Source: an uncultured Oscillospiraceae bacterium (GTDB lineage Bacteria > Bacillota > Clostridia > Oscillospirales > Oscillospiraceae). Taken from it: a DNA stretch of 49,795 nt. The notes beneath the pieces are model-generated. The model had not been told where the DNA came from, made no database searches, and saw only the letters and a program-made list of their open reading frames with translations. The translations under genes and the position numbers were made by a program. Positions 8,165-16,411 of this stretch are shown piece by piece. The stretch's first letter is position 1; each line of letters opens with the position of its first letter. The stretch spans positions 1-49,795 of the forward strand of contig CAYROJ010000001.1 in the NCBI GenBank assembly GCA_964425865.1, read 5' to 3'.

Positions 8165-8227
8165 AAAAATGGAAAACGCACCTTTTTAAAAAATGGAAAA
8201 CGCACCTTGAAAAATGGAAAACGCACC
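8165..8227. repeat. Three direct copies of an 18-bp unit
   Basis: AAAAATGGAAAACGCACC at 8165, 8189 and 8210. Confidence 0.9.
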
Positions 8228-8246
8228 GGTGTCAGCCGGTGCGTTT
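8219..8246 (-). terminator. Terminator of the DUF3793-flavodoxin operon
   Basis: AAACGCACCGG-tgtcag-CCGGTGCGTTT with a T-rich tail on the minus strand. Confidence 0.65.
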
Positions 8247-8302
8247 CTCCGTTAGGAGGTATTGGGGAAATTGGGAAGGTAGGAAGGATTGGGGAAATTG
8301 TA

Positions 8303-8725
8303 TCAGATCAGGGCAGTACCCAGCTTGCGGCAGCTTTCCACTGCCTCATCGTCGGGCGTTTCCTGACAGATCACACTGTCATATACCAGCTTTGCGCCCA
8401 GACCCTGGCAGGTTTCCTCCCAGGTGCGCATCCATTCGCCGTCGCCCCAGCCGTAAGAGCCGAACAGAGCGATGGGTTTGCCGGAGAGCTTGCTTTCGCA
8501 GCTGTCAAACATGGGCTGGAATTCGTCTTCTTCCAGCACCTCTGCGCCCATGGCAGGGCAGCCAAAGGCAATGCCGTCGAAGGCATCCACCATGGAAGGG
8601 GAAAATTCGCCGGCGGTGATCAGAGTTACGACTGCACCGGCACTTTTTGCGCCGTCAGCCACAGCGGCGGCCATGGCTTCGGTGTTGCCGGTGCCGCTCC
8701 AATAAACGATTGCAATTTTAGACAT
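8303..8725 (-). CDS. Flavodoxin (short chain)
   Basis: Start at ATG 8725 (MSKIAIVYWSGTGNTEAMA) with RBS GAAAGG. GCPAMG and FGSYGWGDGEW motifs. Confidence 0.95.
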   Translation of the reverse strand: MSKIAIVYWSGTGNTEAMAAAVADGAKSAGAVVTLITAGEFSPSMVDAFDGIAFGCPAMGAEVLEEDEFQPMFDSCESKLSGKPIALFGSYGWGDGEWMRTWEETCQGLGAKLVYDSVICQETPDDEAVESCRKLGTALI

Positions 8726-8757
8726 GATTTTTTGACCTTTCAAAAAATTTTGGTATA

Positions 8758-9309
8758 TCAACCGGCTACGGTCAGCCGCTCAATATCATGGGTTTCGGAA
8801 AAACGGGCACAATAGACCTGAGTACATTTTTTGTACTGGGCGAATTTCTTTTGGGCGGCGGCTTCGTCGCCGTAGACTTTCCAGCAGCCCACGCATTTGC
8901 ACCCTTTGGCACCGTTTTCAATGAATCCCCGGACATCTTCTGCCGGGTAGCCCAAAAACAGGCCGATCTCATGGGGGAAGTCCTGACTTTGGCGAAGCCG
9001 CCGCATGAGCTGCACCACGCAGTGGTCACAGCTGGAAAGATCATAGCCCCGTGCTTTCAGCAGGTGCTCTGCCTCTTTGTTTGCCAGGTCGGCAGTGAGC
9101 TTACTGGGGCGATAGAGATAGAGCAGCGCCTTGTCTTCGGAGAAGCGAAGGGGGATCACCCGTAGGCCTTTGGTCTGCATCTTGCTGTTTTGACGGCGGA
9201 CAAAGGACAGAATCTCCTGCCGGTCGCCACAGGGACAGGTGAATAAATTGGCGGTTTTCAGCCCGGCCAGAGTAGGCGCACCGTGGCGAACAAGCAATTC
9301 TTCGGACAT
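8758..9309 (-). CDS. DUF3793 family protein
   Basis: APTLAGLK.ANL, FPHEIGLFLGYP.EDV.GF and C.G.WKVY motifs. Typical position upstream of flavodoxin. Confidence 0.9.
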   Translation of the reverse strand: MSEELLVRHGAPTLAGLKTANLFTCPCGDRQEILSFVRRQNSKMQTKGLRVIPLRFSEDKALLYLYRPSKLTADLANKEAEHLLKARGYDLSSCDHCVVQLMRRLRQSQDFPHEIGLFLGYPAEDVRGFIENGAKGCKCVGCWKVYGDEAAAQKKFAQYKKCTQVYCARFSETHDIERLTVAG

Positions 9310-9331
9310 AACGGCACCCCTTTCATTTGAT

Positions 9332-9349
9332 AGTTAGCAAAAGCTAACT
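9332..9349. promoter_or_regulatory. Palindromic operator, DtxR/MntR-like box 1
   Basis: AGTTAGC-aaaa-GCTAACT. Confidence 0.65.
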
Positions 9350-9365
9350 GTAACGCTGAATTATT

Positions 9366-9383
9366 AGTTAGCGTTGGCTAACT
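9366..9383. promoter_or_regulatory. Palindromic operator, DtxR/MntR-like box 2
   Basis: AGTTAGC-gttg-GCTAACT, at the predicted +1 of the DUF3793 promoter. Confidence 0.65.
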
Positions 9384-9389
9384 GCTCGT

Positions 9390-9418
9390 ATGATACACCA
9401 TCATTTCCCATTTGTCAA
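9390..9418 (-). promoter_or_regulatory. Sigma-A promoter for DUF3793-flavodoxin
   Basis: Minus strand TTGACA-17 nt-TATCAT. Confidence 0.7.
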
Positions 9419-9429
9419 GAGGGAAAATT

Positions 9430-9461
9430 AAAAAAATAGGGGGCGGATACGATCCGCCCCC
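9430..9461 (-). terminator. Rho-independent terminator
   Basis: GGGGGCGGAT-acg-ATCCGCCCCC with a T-run on the minus strand. Confidence 0.75.
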
Positions 9462-9467
9462 GGGAAG

Positions 9468-9821
9468 CTATTGTATGACTTTTACAGCATAGCCCAGCTT
9501 TTCAATAATTGTTTTCAGTTCGTCGTCGGAAATCTCCCGGCTGTAAGTGACTGTGGCTGTCTTTTTTCGCAAATTCACCTGGCAAGCCACGCCATCGAGA
9601 TGGTTGATGGCATTTTCAATACGAGCCTGGCAGTTCTGACAGTGCATCCCATCGATGACCAGCCTCTTCTCGCCGATGACCGGAGCAGTCAGTTTTTTAT
9701 GGGTGCGGATGGTGTTGCTTCCGCTGCCGCAGCAGCCACCACCCTGAAAATGCTTTCGAACACGCAGCAGGGCAATTGCGACTACAACAAGCAAAATGGC
9801 AACGATCACAGTATCTACCAT
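9468..9821 (-). CDS. Membrane-anchored heavy-metal-associated (HMA) domain protein with an N-terminal FeoB-associated-like Cys-rich segment
   Basis: N-terminal TM helix, GGGCCGSG, then the HMA motif IDGMHCQNC and C-terminal IEKLGY. Confidence 0.85.
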   Translation of the reverse strand: MVDTVIVAILLVVVAIALLRVRKHFQGGGCCGSGSNTIRTHKKLTAPVIGEKRLVIDGMHCQNCQARIENAINHLDGVACQVNLRKKTATVTYSREISDDELKTIIEKLGYAVKVIQ

Positions 9822-9850
9822 GGATCACACTTCCTTCATTGCATAATATG

Positions 9851-9866
9851 GTTAGTTAATGCTAAC
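9851..9866. promoter_or_regulatory. DtxR/MntR-like box 3
   Basis: GTTAG-ttaatg-CTAAC just downstream of the HMA gene -10. Confidence 0.55.
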
Positions 9867-9873
9867 TAGCCCT

Positions 9874-9902
9874 ATTATAGCACCGACGGAAGGTAATTGC
9901 AA
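9874..9902 (-). promoter_or_regulatory. Sigma-A promoter for the HMA gene
   Basis: Minus strand TTGCAA-17 nt-(TGc)TATAAT. Confidence 0.7.
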
Positions 9903-9904
9903 GG

Positions 9905-11305
9905 TCATTCTTGGGAAAAACGGTTATTTTTGGGTAGGCAGAGGACCACGGCGATGCCCACAGCCACGCAAATGACTTCCACAGCCGCCAGGGCATGGAT
10001 GGAACGAATGGCGGCAGCGGCTTCTGTTGCGCCGTCGGCCGTCAGTCCGGCGATTTGATTGGTAAACAGGGGAACGAATACCGCAACCCCAAAGGGGGCG
10101 GCCAGATCACGGAACAGGCCGTAAGTGCCGGTGACGGCACCTGCTTCCTGTTGGGATAGACCGGACAGGGCGATTTTCATTAAGATGGTGCTGTTACCGC
10201 CCAGCCCCAAGCCGAGAATGCCCAGCGACGCCATCAGCAGCCACAAAGAGGTTTGGCCGGAAAAAAGAAACATCAGGCCGCAGCCAAGCGCTGTCAGGAT
10301 CAGGGAGGCAGACAGCACCGCCTTTGGCTCCCACTGGTCAGCCAGCGGCCCCAGTAGAAGGGCACCCAAAGACATTCCGAGGTACATGACGGAAATCGCA
10401 TAGCCCGATAAGGTGGCATTTCCCGGCTGGGTGTAGTTGACAAAGATAATGATATTGGTCATGTTGGCTTGCAGCAGCCCCAGAGTCAAAAACAGGATCA
10501 GTACGCTCAGCAAAAAATTGCTCCTGCGAAGATAGGCTCCGGGAAGAATGGGATTTTTTGCATGTCGCTCTGCAAAAATCAGGGCGATCAAAGCGATCAA
10601 AGCGCCGATCAAAACTGTTCCAAAGGCCCGTGACGACCAGCCGAAATTCTGTCCGAAAGAGGGGATACACAGCAGCAGGCTGAAAAAGATCAGCACAAAA
10701 ACGCCGCCCAAGCTGTCAAAATCGGTGAGCTTTCCGGGCTTTGATGGGCTTTTTTCTCTTATCACCAGGCAAAGGAGCCACACCACAGCGCAGATGCCGA
10801 CGCAGAACCAGATCATGCTTCGCCAGCCAAAATGGGCAATAAACAGACCGCCCAGTGCAGGGCCGAAAACCACAGAGGCGCTGGAGATCAGCATATAGGA
10901 CGAAAAACCTTTGGCTACCCGGTCGGCAGGGAATTCCGTGACGATATAGGCCATGATCACGGGGCTCATGGCGGCTGTGCCAACGCCTACGATGAACCGG
11001 GCCAGAAGCATAAAGCTCAAAGCGTTGGCAAAAGCGGTCAGCACATTACCCAGGGTGAAGACGGCCAGTCCCAGCAGCAGGGTTCGTTTGCGACCGAAAA
11101 TATCCCCAAGTTTTCCGAGAATGGGTGCAAAGGCGGCGGTAGACATGGCCTGGGCCAGGGCAGTCCAGGTGGTGTTATTGTAGGCAATGTTCAAGTCCTG
11201 TACAAAAGCGGGGCCTAAAACTGTGGCAAAGCCGCCTACAATGCCGATCAGAAAGGCGGCAAGGGCATAGGGAACAAAGCCTTTTTTGTAATTTTGAATT
11301 TCCAT
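9905..11305 (-). CDS. baiG: MFS transporter (14-TM type), BaiG-like bile acid transporter homologue
   Basis: Start at ATG 11305 (RBS AAGGAG). MFS motif A GKLGDIFGRKR. The segments NYKKGFVP, YNNTTW, LCIPSFGQN.GW and GTYGLFRD..APFGVAVFVP match my recollection of Clostridium scindens BaiG. The gene symbol is tentative. Confidence 0.8.
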   Translation of the reverse strand: MEIQNYKKGFVPYALAAFLIGIVGGFATVLGPAFVQDLNIAYNNTTWTALAQAMSTAAFAPILGKLGDIFGRKRTLLLGLAVFTLGNVLTAFANALSFMLLARFIVGVGTAAMSPVIMAYIVTEFPADRVAKGFSSYMLISSASVVFGPALGGLFIAHFGWRSMIWFCVGICAVVWLLCLVIREKSPSKPGKLTDFDSLGGVFVLIFFSLLLCIPSFGQNFGWSSRAFGTVLIGALIALIALIFAERHAKNPILPGAYLRRSNFLLSVLILFLTLGLLQANMTNIIIFVNYTQPGNATLSGYAISVMYLGMSLGALLLGPLADQWEPKAVLSASLILTALGCGLMFLFSGQTSLWLLMASLGILGLGLGGNSTILMKIALSGLSQQEAGAVTGTYGLFRDLAAPFGVAVFVPLFTNQIAGLTADGATEAAAAIRSIHALAAVEVICVAVGIAVVLCLPKNNRFSQE

Positions 11306-11407
11306 TTTTCCACTCCTTACTGTTTTTTCAGTATGTCCCAACGGCGGCGAATTATTTGCCGTGAAAGGGGAACACTTTTGTGACAAACAATTTTGGAGGA
11401 ATAGAAT

Positions 11408-11971
11408 ATGTCACTGATCAACAAAGAAATTGCAGAATTTAAAGCCAATGCCTTCCATGAAAACCAGTTTAAGTCCGTATCCAAAGCGGATCTTCTGGGG
11501 AAATGGAATGTGTTTTTCTTCTATCCGGCGGATTTTACCTTTGTTTGTCCCACGGAACTGGAAGACTTGGCAGAAAAGTACGACCAGTTCAAGGCAATCG
11601 GCTGTCAGGTCTATGCGGTGTCCACGGATACCCATTTTGTCCACAAAGCCTGGCACGATGCATCCGAGCGGATCAAAAAGATCAACTATCCCATGCTGGC
11701 GGACCCCACCCATGCGATCTGTAAGGACTTTGAGGTGCTGATCGAGGCGGACGGCCTCGCCGAACGGGGAACCTTCATCATTGACCCCGAGGGAAAGATC
11801 GTGGGCTATGAGATCAGCGCCGGTAATGTGGGGCGCAATGCAGAAGAATTGCTGCGAAAGGTGCAGGCCTGCCAGTTTGTCCATGAGCACGGCGATCAGG
11901 TATGCCCTGCCAATTGGAAGCCGGGTGCGGAAACCTTGAAGCCCAGTTTGGATCTGGTCGGACAGCTGTAA
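11408..11971 (+). CDS. ahpC: Alkyl hydroperoxide reductase subunit C (2-Cys peroxiredoxin)
   Basis: FFYPADFTFVCPTE and VCPANW motifs. 187 aa with a GGAGG RBS. Confidence 0.97.
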   Translation: MSLINKEIAEFKANAFHENQFKSVSKADLLGKWNVFFFYPADFTFVCPTELEDLAEKYDQFKAIGCQVYAVSTDTHFVHKAWHDASERIKKINYPMLADPTHAICKDFEVLIEADGLAERGTFIIDPEGKIVGYEISAGNVGRNAEELLRKVQACQFVHEHGDQVCPANWKPGAETLKPSLDLVGQL

Positions 11972-13575
11972 TGGACAATTTTTATGATGTGGTCATTGTC
12001 GGCGGCGGCCCGGCAGGACTGACAGCAGCACTGTATCTTGCTCGGGCAAAATATCGGTGCGTTGTGCTGGAAAAGGACCGCTTCGGCGGCCAGATCGCCA
12101 TTACCGATGAAGTGGTCAACTATCCCGGGGTGGAGAAAATCAGCGGCCAGGCACTGACGGACACCATTCGTGTGCAGGCAGAGAACTTCGGTGCAGAATT
12201 CCGGCTGGAAGAAGCCCTGGGCTTTGATCTGGATGGGGATATTAAGATCGTGCGCACGCCCAAGGGGGAGTATCGCTGCTTTGGTATTTTGCTGGCCACT
12301 GGTGCACATCCCAGAACCGTAGGATTTCGGGGCGAGGAAGAGTACAAGGGGCATGGCGTGGCCTACTGTGCCACCTGTGACGGAGAGTTTTTCACCGGAA
12401 AGGAAGTTTTCGTGGTGGGCGGTGGATTTGCAGCCGCAGAGGAAAGCGTTTTTTTGACCAAATTTGCCAGCCATGTGACCGTGCTGGTGCGCAAAGCCGA
12501 TTTTTCCTGCGCTGCTTCTGTGGCCGAGAAGACCAAAAACCATGAAAAGATCAAGGTTTGGACCAATACCGTGCTGGAAGAGGTGGCCGGAGAAAACGGC
12601 CTGACCTATGCCCGGTATAAAAACACCGTCACCGGGCAGGTGACGGAATATCAGGCGCAGCCGGGGGACAGCTTCGGCGTGTTCGTATTTGCAGGCTATA
12701 CCCCGGCTACGGAAACGGTAAAAGATCTGATCCAATGTAACGATCAGGGCTATATCCTGACCGATGCTGCCCAAAAGTCCAGCACCGACGGCGTATATGC
12801 CGCCGGGGATGTGTGCATCAAGCCCCTGCGGCAGGTGGTGACGGCTACGGCAGATGGAGCTTTGGCGGCCACGGAGCTGGAAAAATATGTGGCAGCCATG
12901 CAGGAAAAGACCGGCCTTCGCCCTGTGTTTTCTGCGATAAAGAGGGAAAGGGAAGGCGTGCAGATACCATCGGCAGAGGATGGGCTTTTTACGGCGCAGA
13001 TGCGCCGGCAGTTGGAACAGGTTTTTGAGCGGATGGAAAAGAAACTGCTGCTGAAGCTGGAATTGGATGATCGCCCCATTGCCCGGGAACTGGAGCAGTT
13101 TATCACCGCCCTGGCTGCCATGACGGAAAAACTGGATGTTTTGGTGGAGCAGGCGGCAACGGAAGCTCCCTGCGTGCGGATTTGTACCGGGGATGGGAAA
13201 GAAACCGGCCTTGCTTTCCACGGTGTGCCCGGCGGCCATGAGTTTACCTCCTTTGTGCTGGGGCTTTATAATGCCGCAGGGCCGGGGCAGGCTCTGAGTG
13301 AGGAGCTGCGGCAGCAGATCATGGCCATTCAAAAGCCGGTGAATATGAAAATTCTGGTGACCCTTTCCTGTAACCAATGCCCGGATCTGGTGGTTGCCGC
13401 TCAGCGGATCGCTGCTGAAAACAGGTATATTACTGCCGAAGTGTATGACATTCGCCATTTTGAAGGGCTGAAAAACCGCTATCGTGTGATGAGTGTCCCT
13501 TGCTTGGTCATCAACGAGGACAAGGTGCATTTTGGAAAAAAGAATATGCAGGAAATCATCAACCTGATCTCATGA
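11971..13575 (+). CDS. ahpF: AhpF homologue (N-terminal TrxB domain + C-terminal thioredoxin-like domains)
   Basis: ATG 11971 overlaps the ahpC stop (TAATG). GGGPAG, CATCDG and GGGFAA motifs, then GVPGGHEFTSF and CNQCP. Confidence 0.88.
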   Translation: MDNFYDVVIVGGGPAGLTAALYLARAKYRCVVLEKDRFGGQIAITDEVVNYPGVEKISGQALTDTIRVQAENFGAEFRLEEALGFDLDGDIKIVRTPKGEYRCFGILLATGAHPRTVGFRGEEEYKGHGVAYCATCDGEFFTGKEVFVVGGGFAAAEESVFLTKFASHVTVLVRKADFSCAASVAEKTKNHEKIKVWTNTVLEEVAGENGLTYARYKNTVTGQVTEYQAQPGDSFGVFVFAGYTPATETVKDLIQCNDQGYILTDAAQKSSTDGVYAAGDVCIKPLRQVVTATADGALAATELEKYVAAMQEKTGLRPVFSAIKREREGVQIPSAEDGLFTAQMRRQLEQVFERMEKKLLLKLELDDRPIARELEQFITALAAMTEKLDVLVEQAATEAPCVRICTGDGKETGLAFHGVPGGHEFTSFVLGLYNAAGPGQALSEELRQQIMAIQKPVNMKILVTLSCNQCPDLVVAAQRIAAENRYITAEVYDIRHFEGLKNRYRVMSVPCLVINEDKVHFGKKNMQEIINLIS

Positions 13576-13577
13576 AG

Positions 13578-13606
13578 AAAGCGCAGCGGATAACCGCTGC
13601 GCTTTT
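13578..13606. terminator. Bidirectional terminator
   Basis: AAAGCGCAGCGG-ataa-CCGCTGCGCTTTT between the convergent ahpF and adhE. Confidence 0.8.
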
Positions 13607-13612
13607 CGCAAT

Positions 13613-16210
13613 TCAGCTGCCGTAGTAGGCGTTCAGATACATCTGCTTGATCTCACCCATCAAAGGGTACCGGGGATTTGCGCCGGTGCACTGGTCGTCA
13701 AAGGCCTGCTCGGTCATGTCCTCCAGCCGGTTTAGGAAATCCTGTTCGTCAATGCCGTAGTCCCGGATGGTTTCTTTGATGCCGATGGCTTTTTTCAGAT
13801 CATCAATTTTGAAAATAAGACCTTCCAGCTTCTCAGCGTTGTCCTTACCGGGAATGCCCAGATAGTCAGCCACTTCGGCGTAACGAGCCAGAGTGTGGGG
13901 GTGGTCATACTGGGGGAAGGTACCCATCTTGGCAGGCACCTCGGCGGCATTGAAGCGGAGCACTTGGTCGATCATCAAAGCGTTTGCAACGCCGTGGGGC
14001 AGGTGGTGGAAAGCACCCAGCTTGTGTGCCATGGAGTGGCACACGCCTAAGAAGGCGTTGGCAAAGGCCATACCTGCCATGGTGGCGGCGTTTGCCATTT
14101 TTTCCCGGGCGATGGGATCGTTGGAGCCATTGTCGTAAGCCCGGGGCAGATACTCGAAAATCATTTTAAGAGAACGAAGCGCCAGACCATCGGTGTAGTC
14201 GGTGGCCATCATGGATGCGTAGGCCTCCAATGCGTGGGTAACGGCGTCAATGCCGGAGGCGGCAGTCAGACCTTTGGGGGCGTTCATCATCATGTCGGCA
14301 TCCACAATGGCCATGTCGGGCATCAGTTCGTAGTCGGCAAGGGGATATTTCACGCCGCTCTGCTCATCGGTGATAACGGCAAAGGGCGTCACTTCCGAGC
14401 CGGTACCGGCGGTGGTGGGCACGGCCACGAAATAGGCTTTTTCGCCCATTTTGGGGAAGGTATATACTCTCTTGCGGATGTCGACAAACCGCATGGCCAT
14501 ATCCATAAAGTCAGCTTCCGGGTGCTCATACATGACCCACATGATCTTTGCTGCATCCATGGCAGAGCCGCCGCCAATGGCGATGATCACATCGGGGGCA
14601 AAGGCGCTCATCTGAGCAGCACCGGCCTTGGCACAGGCAAGGGAAGGATCGGGGGCAACATCGAAAAAGACGGTGTGGCGGATGCCCATTTCATCCAGCT
14701 TGTTTTCAACAGGCTTGGTGTAGCCGTTCTGGTAAAGGAAAGCGTCGGTGACGATAAAGGCTTTTTTCTTGCCCATGACAGTCTTCAGTTCGTCCAGAGC
14801 CACGCTCAAGCAGCCTTTCTTGATATAAACCTTTTCGGGGGCGCGGAACCAGAGCATATTTTCCCTTCTTTCTGCCACAGTTTTGATGTTCAGCAAGTGG
14901 CGCACACCGACATTTTCAGAAACGGAGTTTCCACCCCAGCTGCCACAGCCCAGAGTCAGAGAGGGAGCCAGCTTAAAGTTATACAGGTCGCCGATGCCGC
15001 CCTGGGCAGAGGGGGTGTTGACGAGAATTCGGCAGGTCTTCATCCGATTTTCAAATACTTCCAGCTTTTCCTTGGCGGTGAGAGGATTCAGATAGACGGA
15101 AGCGGTGTGACCATAGCCGCCGTCGGCAATGAGCCGCTCGGCTTTTGCAAGGGCATCGTTGAAGTCCTTTGCCCGGTACATGGCCAGCACCGGGGACAGC
15201 TTTTCGTGGGCAAAGGCCTCGCTCAGCTCCACGCTCTCCACTTCACCCATGAGGATCTTGGCATTTTCCGGCACTTCTACACCGGCCAGGGCGGCGATAG
15301 TGTGGGCACTTTGACCGACGATTTTGGCGTTGAGGGCACCGTTGATGAGAATGGTGGAGCGAACCTTTTCCAGTTCCTCTGTGTTTAGGAAATAGCAGCC
15401 CCGATCGGCAAATTCAGCCTTCACAGCGTCGTAGATGCTGTCGAGCACGATCACGCTCTGCTCGGAGGCGCAGATCATGCCGTTGTCGAAGGTTTTGGAG
15501 TGGATGACGGAGTTGACAGCCAGCTTTAAATCAGCACTGTCGTCGATAATGGCGGGGGTATTACCGGGGCCGACGCCGATGGCCGGTTTGCCGGAGGAGT
15601 AGGCGGCTTTCACCATACCGGGGCCTCCGGTGGCGAGAATAATATCTGCATTTTGCATGACCATGTTGCTCAGCTCCAGACTGGGCACATCGATCCAGCC
15701 AATGATGCCCTCGGGCGCACCGGCCTCCACGGCGGCTTCCAGCACGATCCTGGCAGCCTCGATGGTGCAGTTCTTTGCCCGGGGGTGGGGGCTGATGATC
15801 ATACCGTTGCGGGTTTTCAGAGCCAGCAGAGTTTTAAAAATGGCGGTAGAGGTGGGGTTGGTGGTGGGAATGATGGCAGCCACCACGCCGATAGGCTCAG
15901 CAATTTTGCGAATGCCAAAGGCTTTATCTTCTTCGATCACGCCGCAGGTCCTGGTATCTTTGTAGGCATTGTAGATATACTCGGCGGCATAGTGGTTTTT
16001 GATGACCTTGTCTTCCACCACGCCCATGCCCGTTTCCTGTACGGCCATTTTTGCCAGAGCGATGCGCTGGCGGTTGGCGGCGGAGGCGGCGGCCAGGAAG
16101 ATCTTATCCACCTGTTCCTGAGAGTAGGTGGCAAATTCACGCTGGGCAGCACGGATGCGGCTGATGGCAGCGGTCAGTTCTTCGGCATTGGTGACAGGAG
16201 TGTATTTCAT
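13613..16210 (-). CDS. adhE: Bifunctional acetaldehyde-CoA/alcohol dehydrogenase
   Basis: ALDH motifs PTTNPTST, ATGGPGMV and FDNGMICASEQ; linker GCGSWGGNSVSENV; Fe-ADH motifs GGGSAMDAAK and HSMAHKLG. The start is likely ATG 16210 (RBS GAAAGG). Confidence 0.97.
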   Translation of the reverse strand: MKYTPVTNAEELTAAISRIRAAQREFATYSQEQVDKIFLAAASAANRQRIALAKMAVQETGMGVVEDKVIKNHYAAEYIYNAYKDTRTCGVIEEDKAFGIRKIAEPIGVVAAIIPTTNPTSTAIFKTLLALKTRNGMIISPHPRAKNCTIEAARIVLEAAVEAGAPEGIIGWIDVPSLELSNMVMQNADIILATGGPGMVKAAYSSGKPAIGVGPGNTPAIIDDSADLKLAVNSVIHSKTFDNGMICASEQSVIVLDSIYDAVKAEFADRGCYFLNTEELEKVRSTILINGALNAKIVGQSAHTIAALAGVEVPENAKILMGEVESVELSEAFAHEKLSPVLAMYRAKDFNDALAKAERLIADGGYGHTASVYLNPLTAKEKLEVFENRMKTCRILVNTPSAQGGIGDLYNFKLAPSLTLGCGSWGGNSVSENVGVRHLLNIKTVAERRENMLWFRAPEKVYIKKGCLSVALDELKTVMGKKKAFIVTDAFLYQNGYTKPVENKLDEMGIRHTVFFDVAPDPSLACAKAGAAQMSAFAPDVIIAIGGGSAMDAAKIMWVMYEHPEADFMDMAMRFVDIRKRVYTFPKMGEKAYFVAVPTTAGTGSEVTPFAVITDEQSGVKYPLADYELMPDMAIVDADMMMNAPKGLTAASGIDAVTHALEAYASMMATDYTDGLALRSLKMIFEYLPRAYDNGSNDPIAREKMANAATMAGMAFANAFLGVCHSMAHKLGAFHHLPHGVANALMIDQVLRFNAAEVPAKMGTFPQYDHPHTLARYAEVADYLGIPGKDNAEKLEGLIFKIDDLKKAIGIKETIRDYGIDEQDFLNRLEDMTEQAFDDQCTGANPRYPLMGEIKQMYLNAYYGS

Positions 16211-16266
16211 AGAAAAATCCACCTTTCATTTTAACGGTATTTTGTTACCGATAATCTTATATCGAT

Positions 16267-16294
16267 ATAATAGCACGGAAAAAGAAAATGTCAA
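16267..16294 (-). promoter_or_regulatory. Sigma-A promoter for adhE, overlapped by the palindrome TTATATCGATATAA (16257-16270)
   Basis: Minus strand TTGACA-16 nt-(TGc)TATTAT. Confidence 0.6.
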
Positions 16295-16411
16295 TAGAGA
16301 TCCAATGATTTTTTTCGCTTTCGGAAAAGTTCACAAATGCATCCGTCAATATCCATTGACTTTCAACAAAAAACTGTGTAAACTGATGGGTAGCACAATG
16401 GAGGACGATCT

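Noticed and set aside
8165-8227. Possible CRISPR array or iterons; repeat-containing ORFs 8101-8619 and 8162-8815
   Set aside because: The spacers are only 3-6 nt and no rep or cas gene is present. The ORFs are antisense to flavodoxin and simply translate the repeat.
8255-8294. G-quadruplex
   Set aside because: Only three runs of three or more G are present, so at best a weak two-tier structure. Not supportable.
16319-16336. Rex operator upstream of adhE (TTTCGGAAAAGTTCACAA)
   Set aside because: Only the right half-site matches, and it lies upstream of the -35. Too weak to call.
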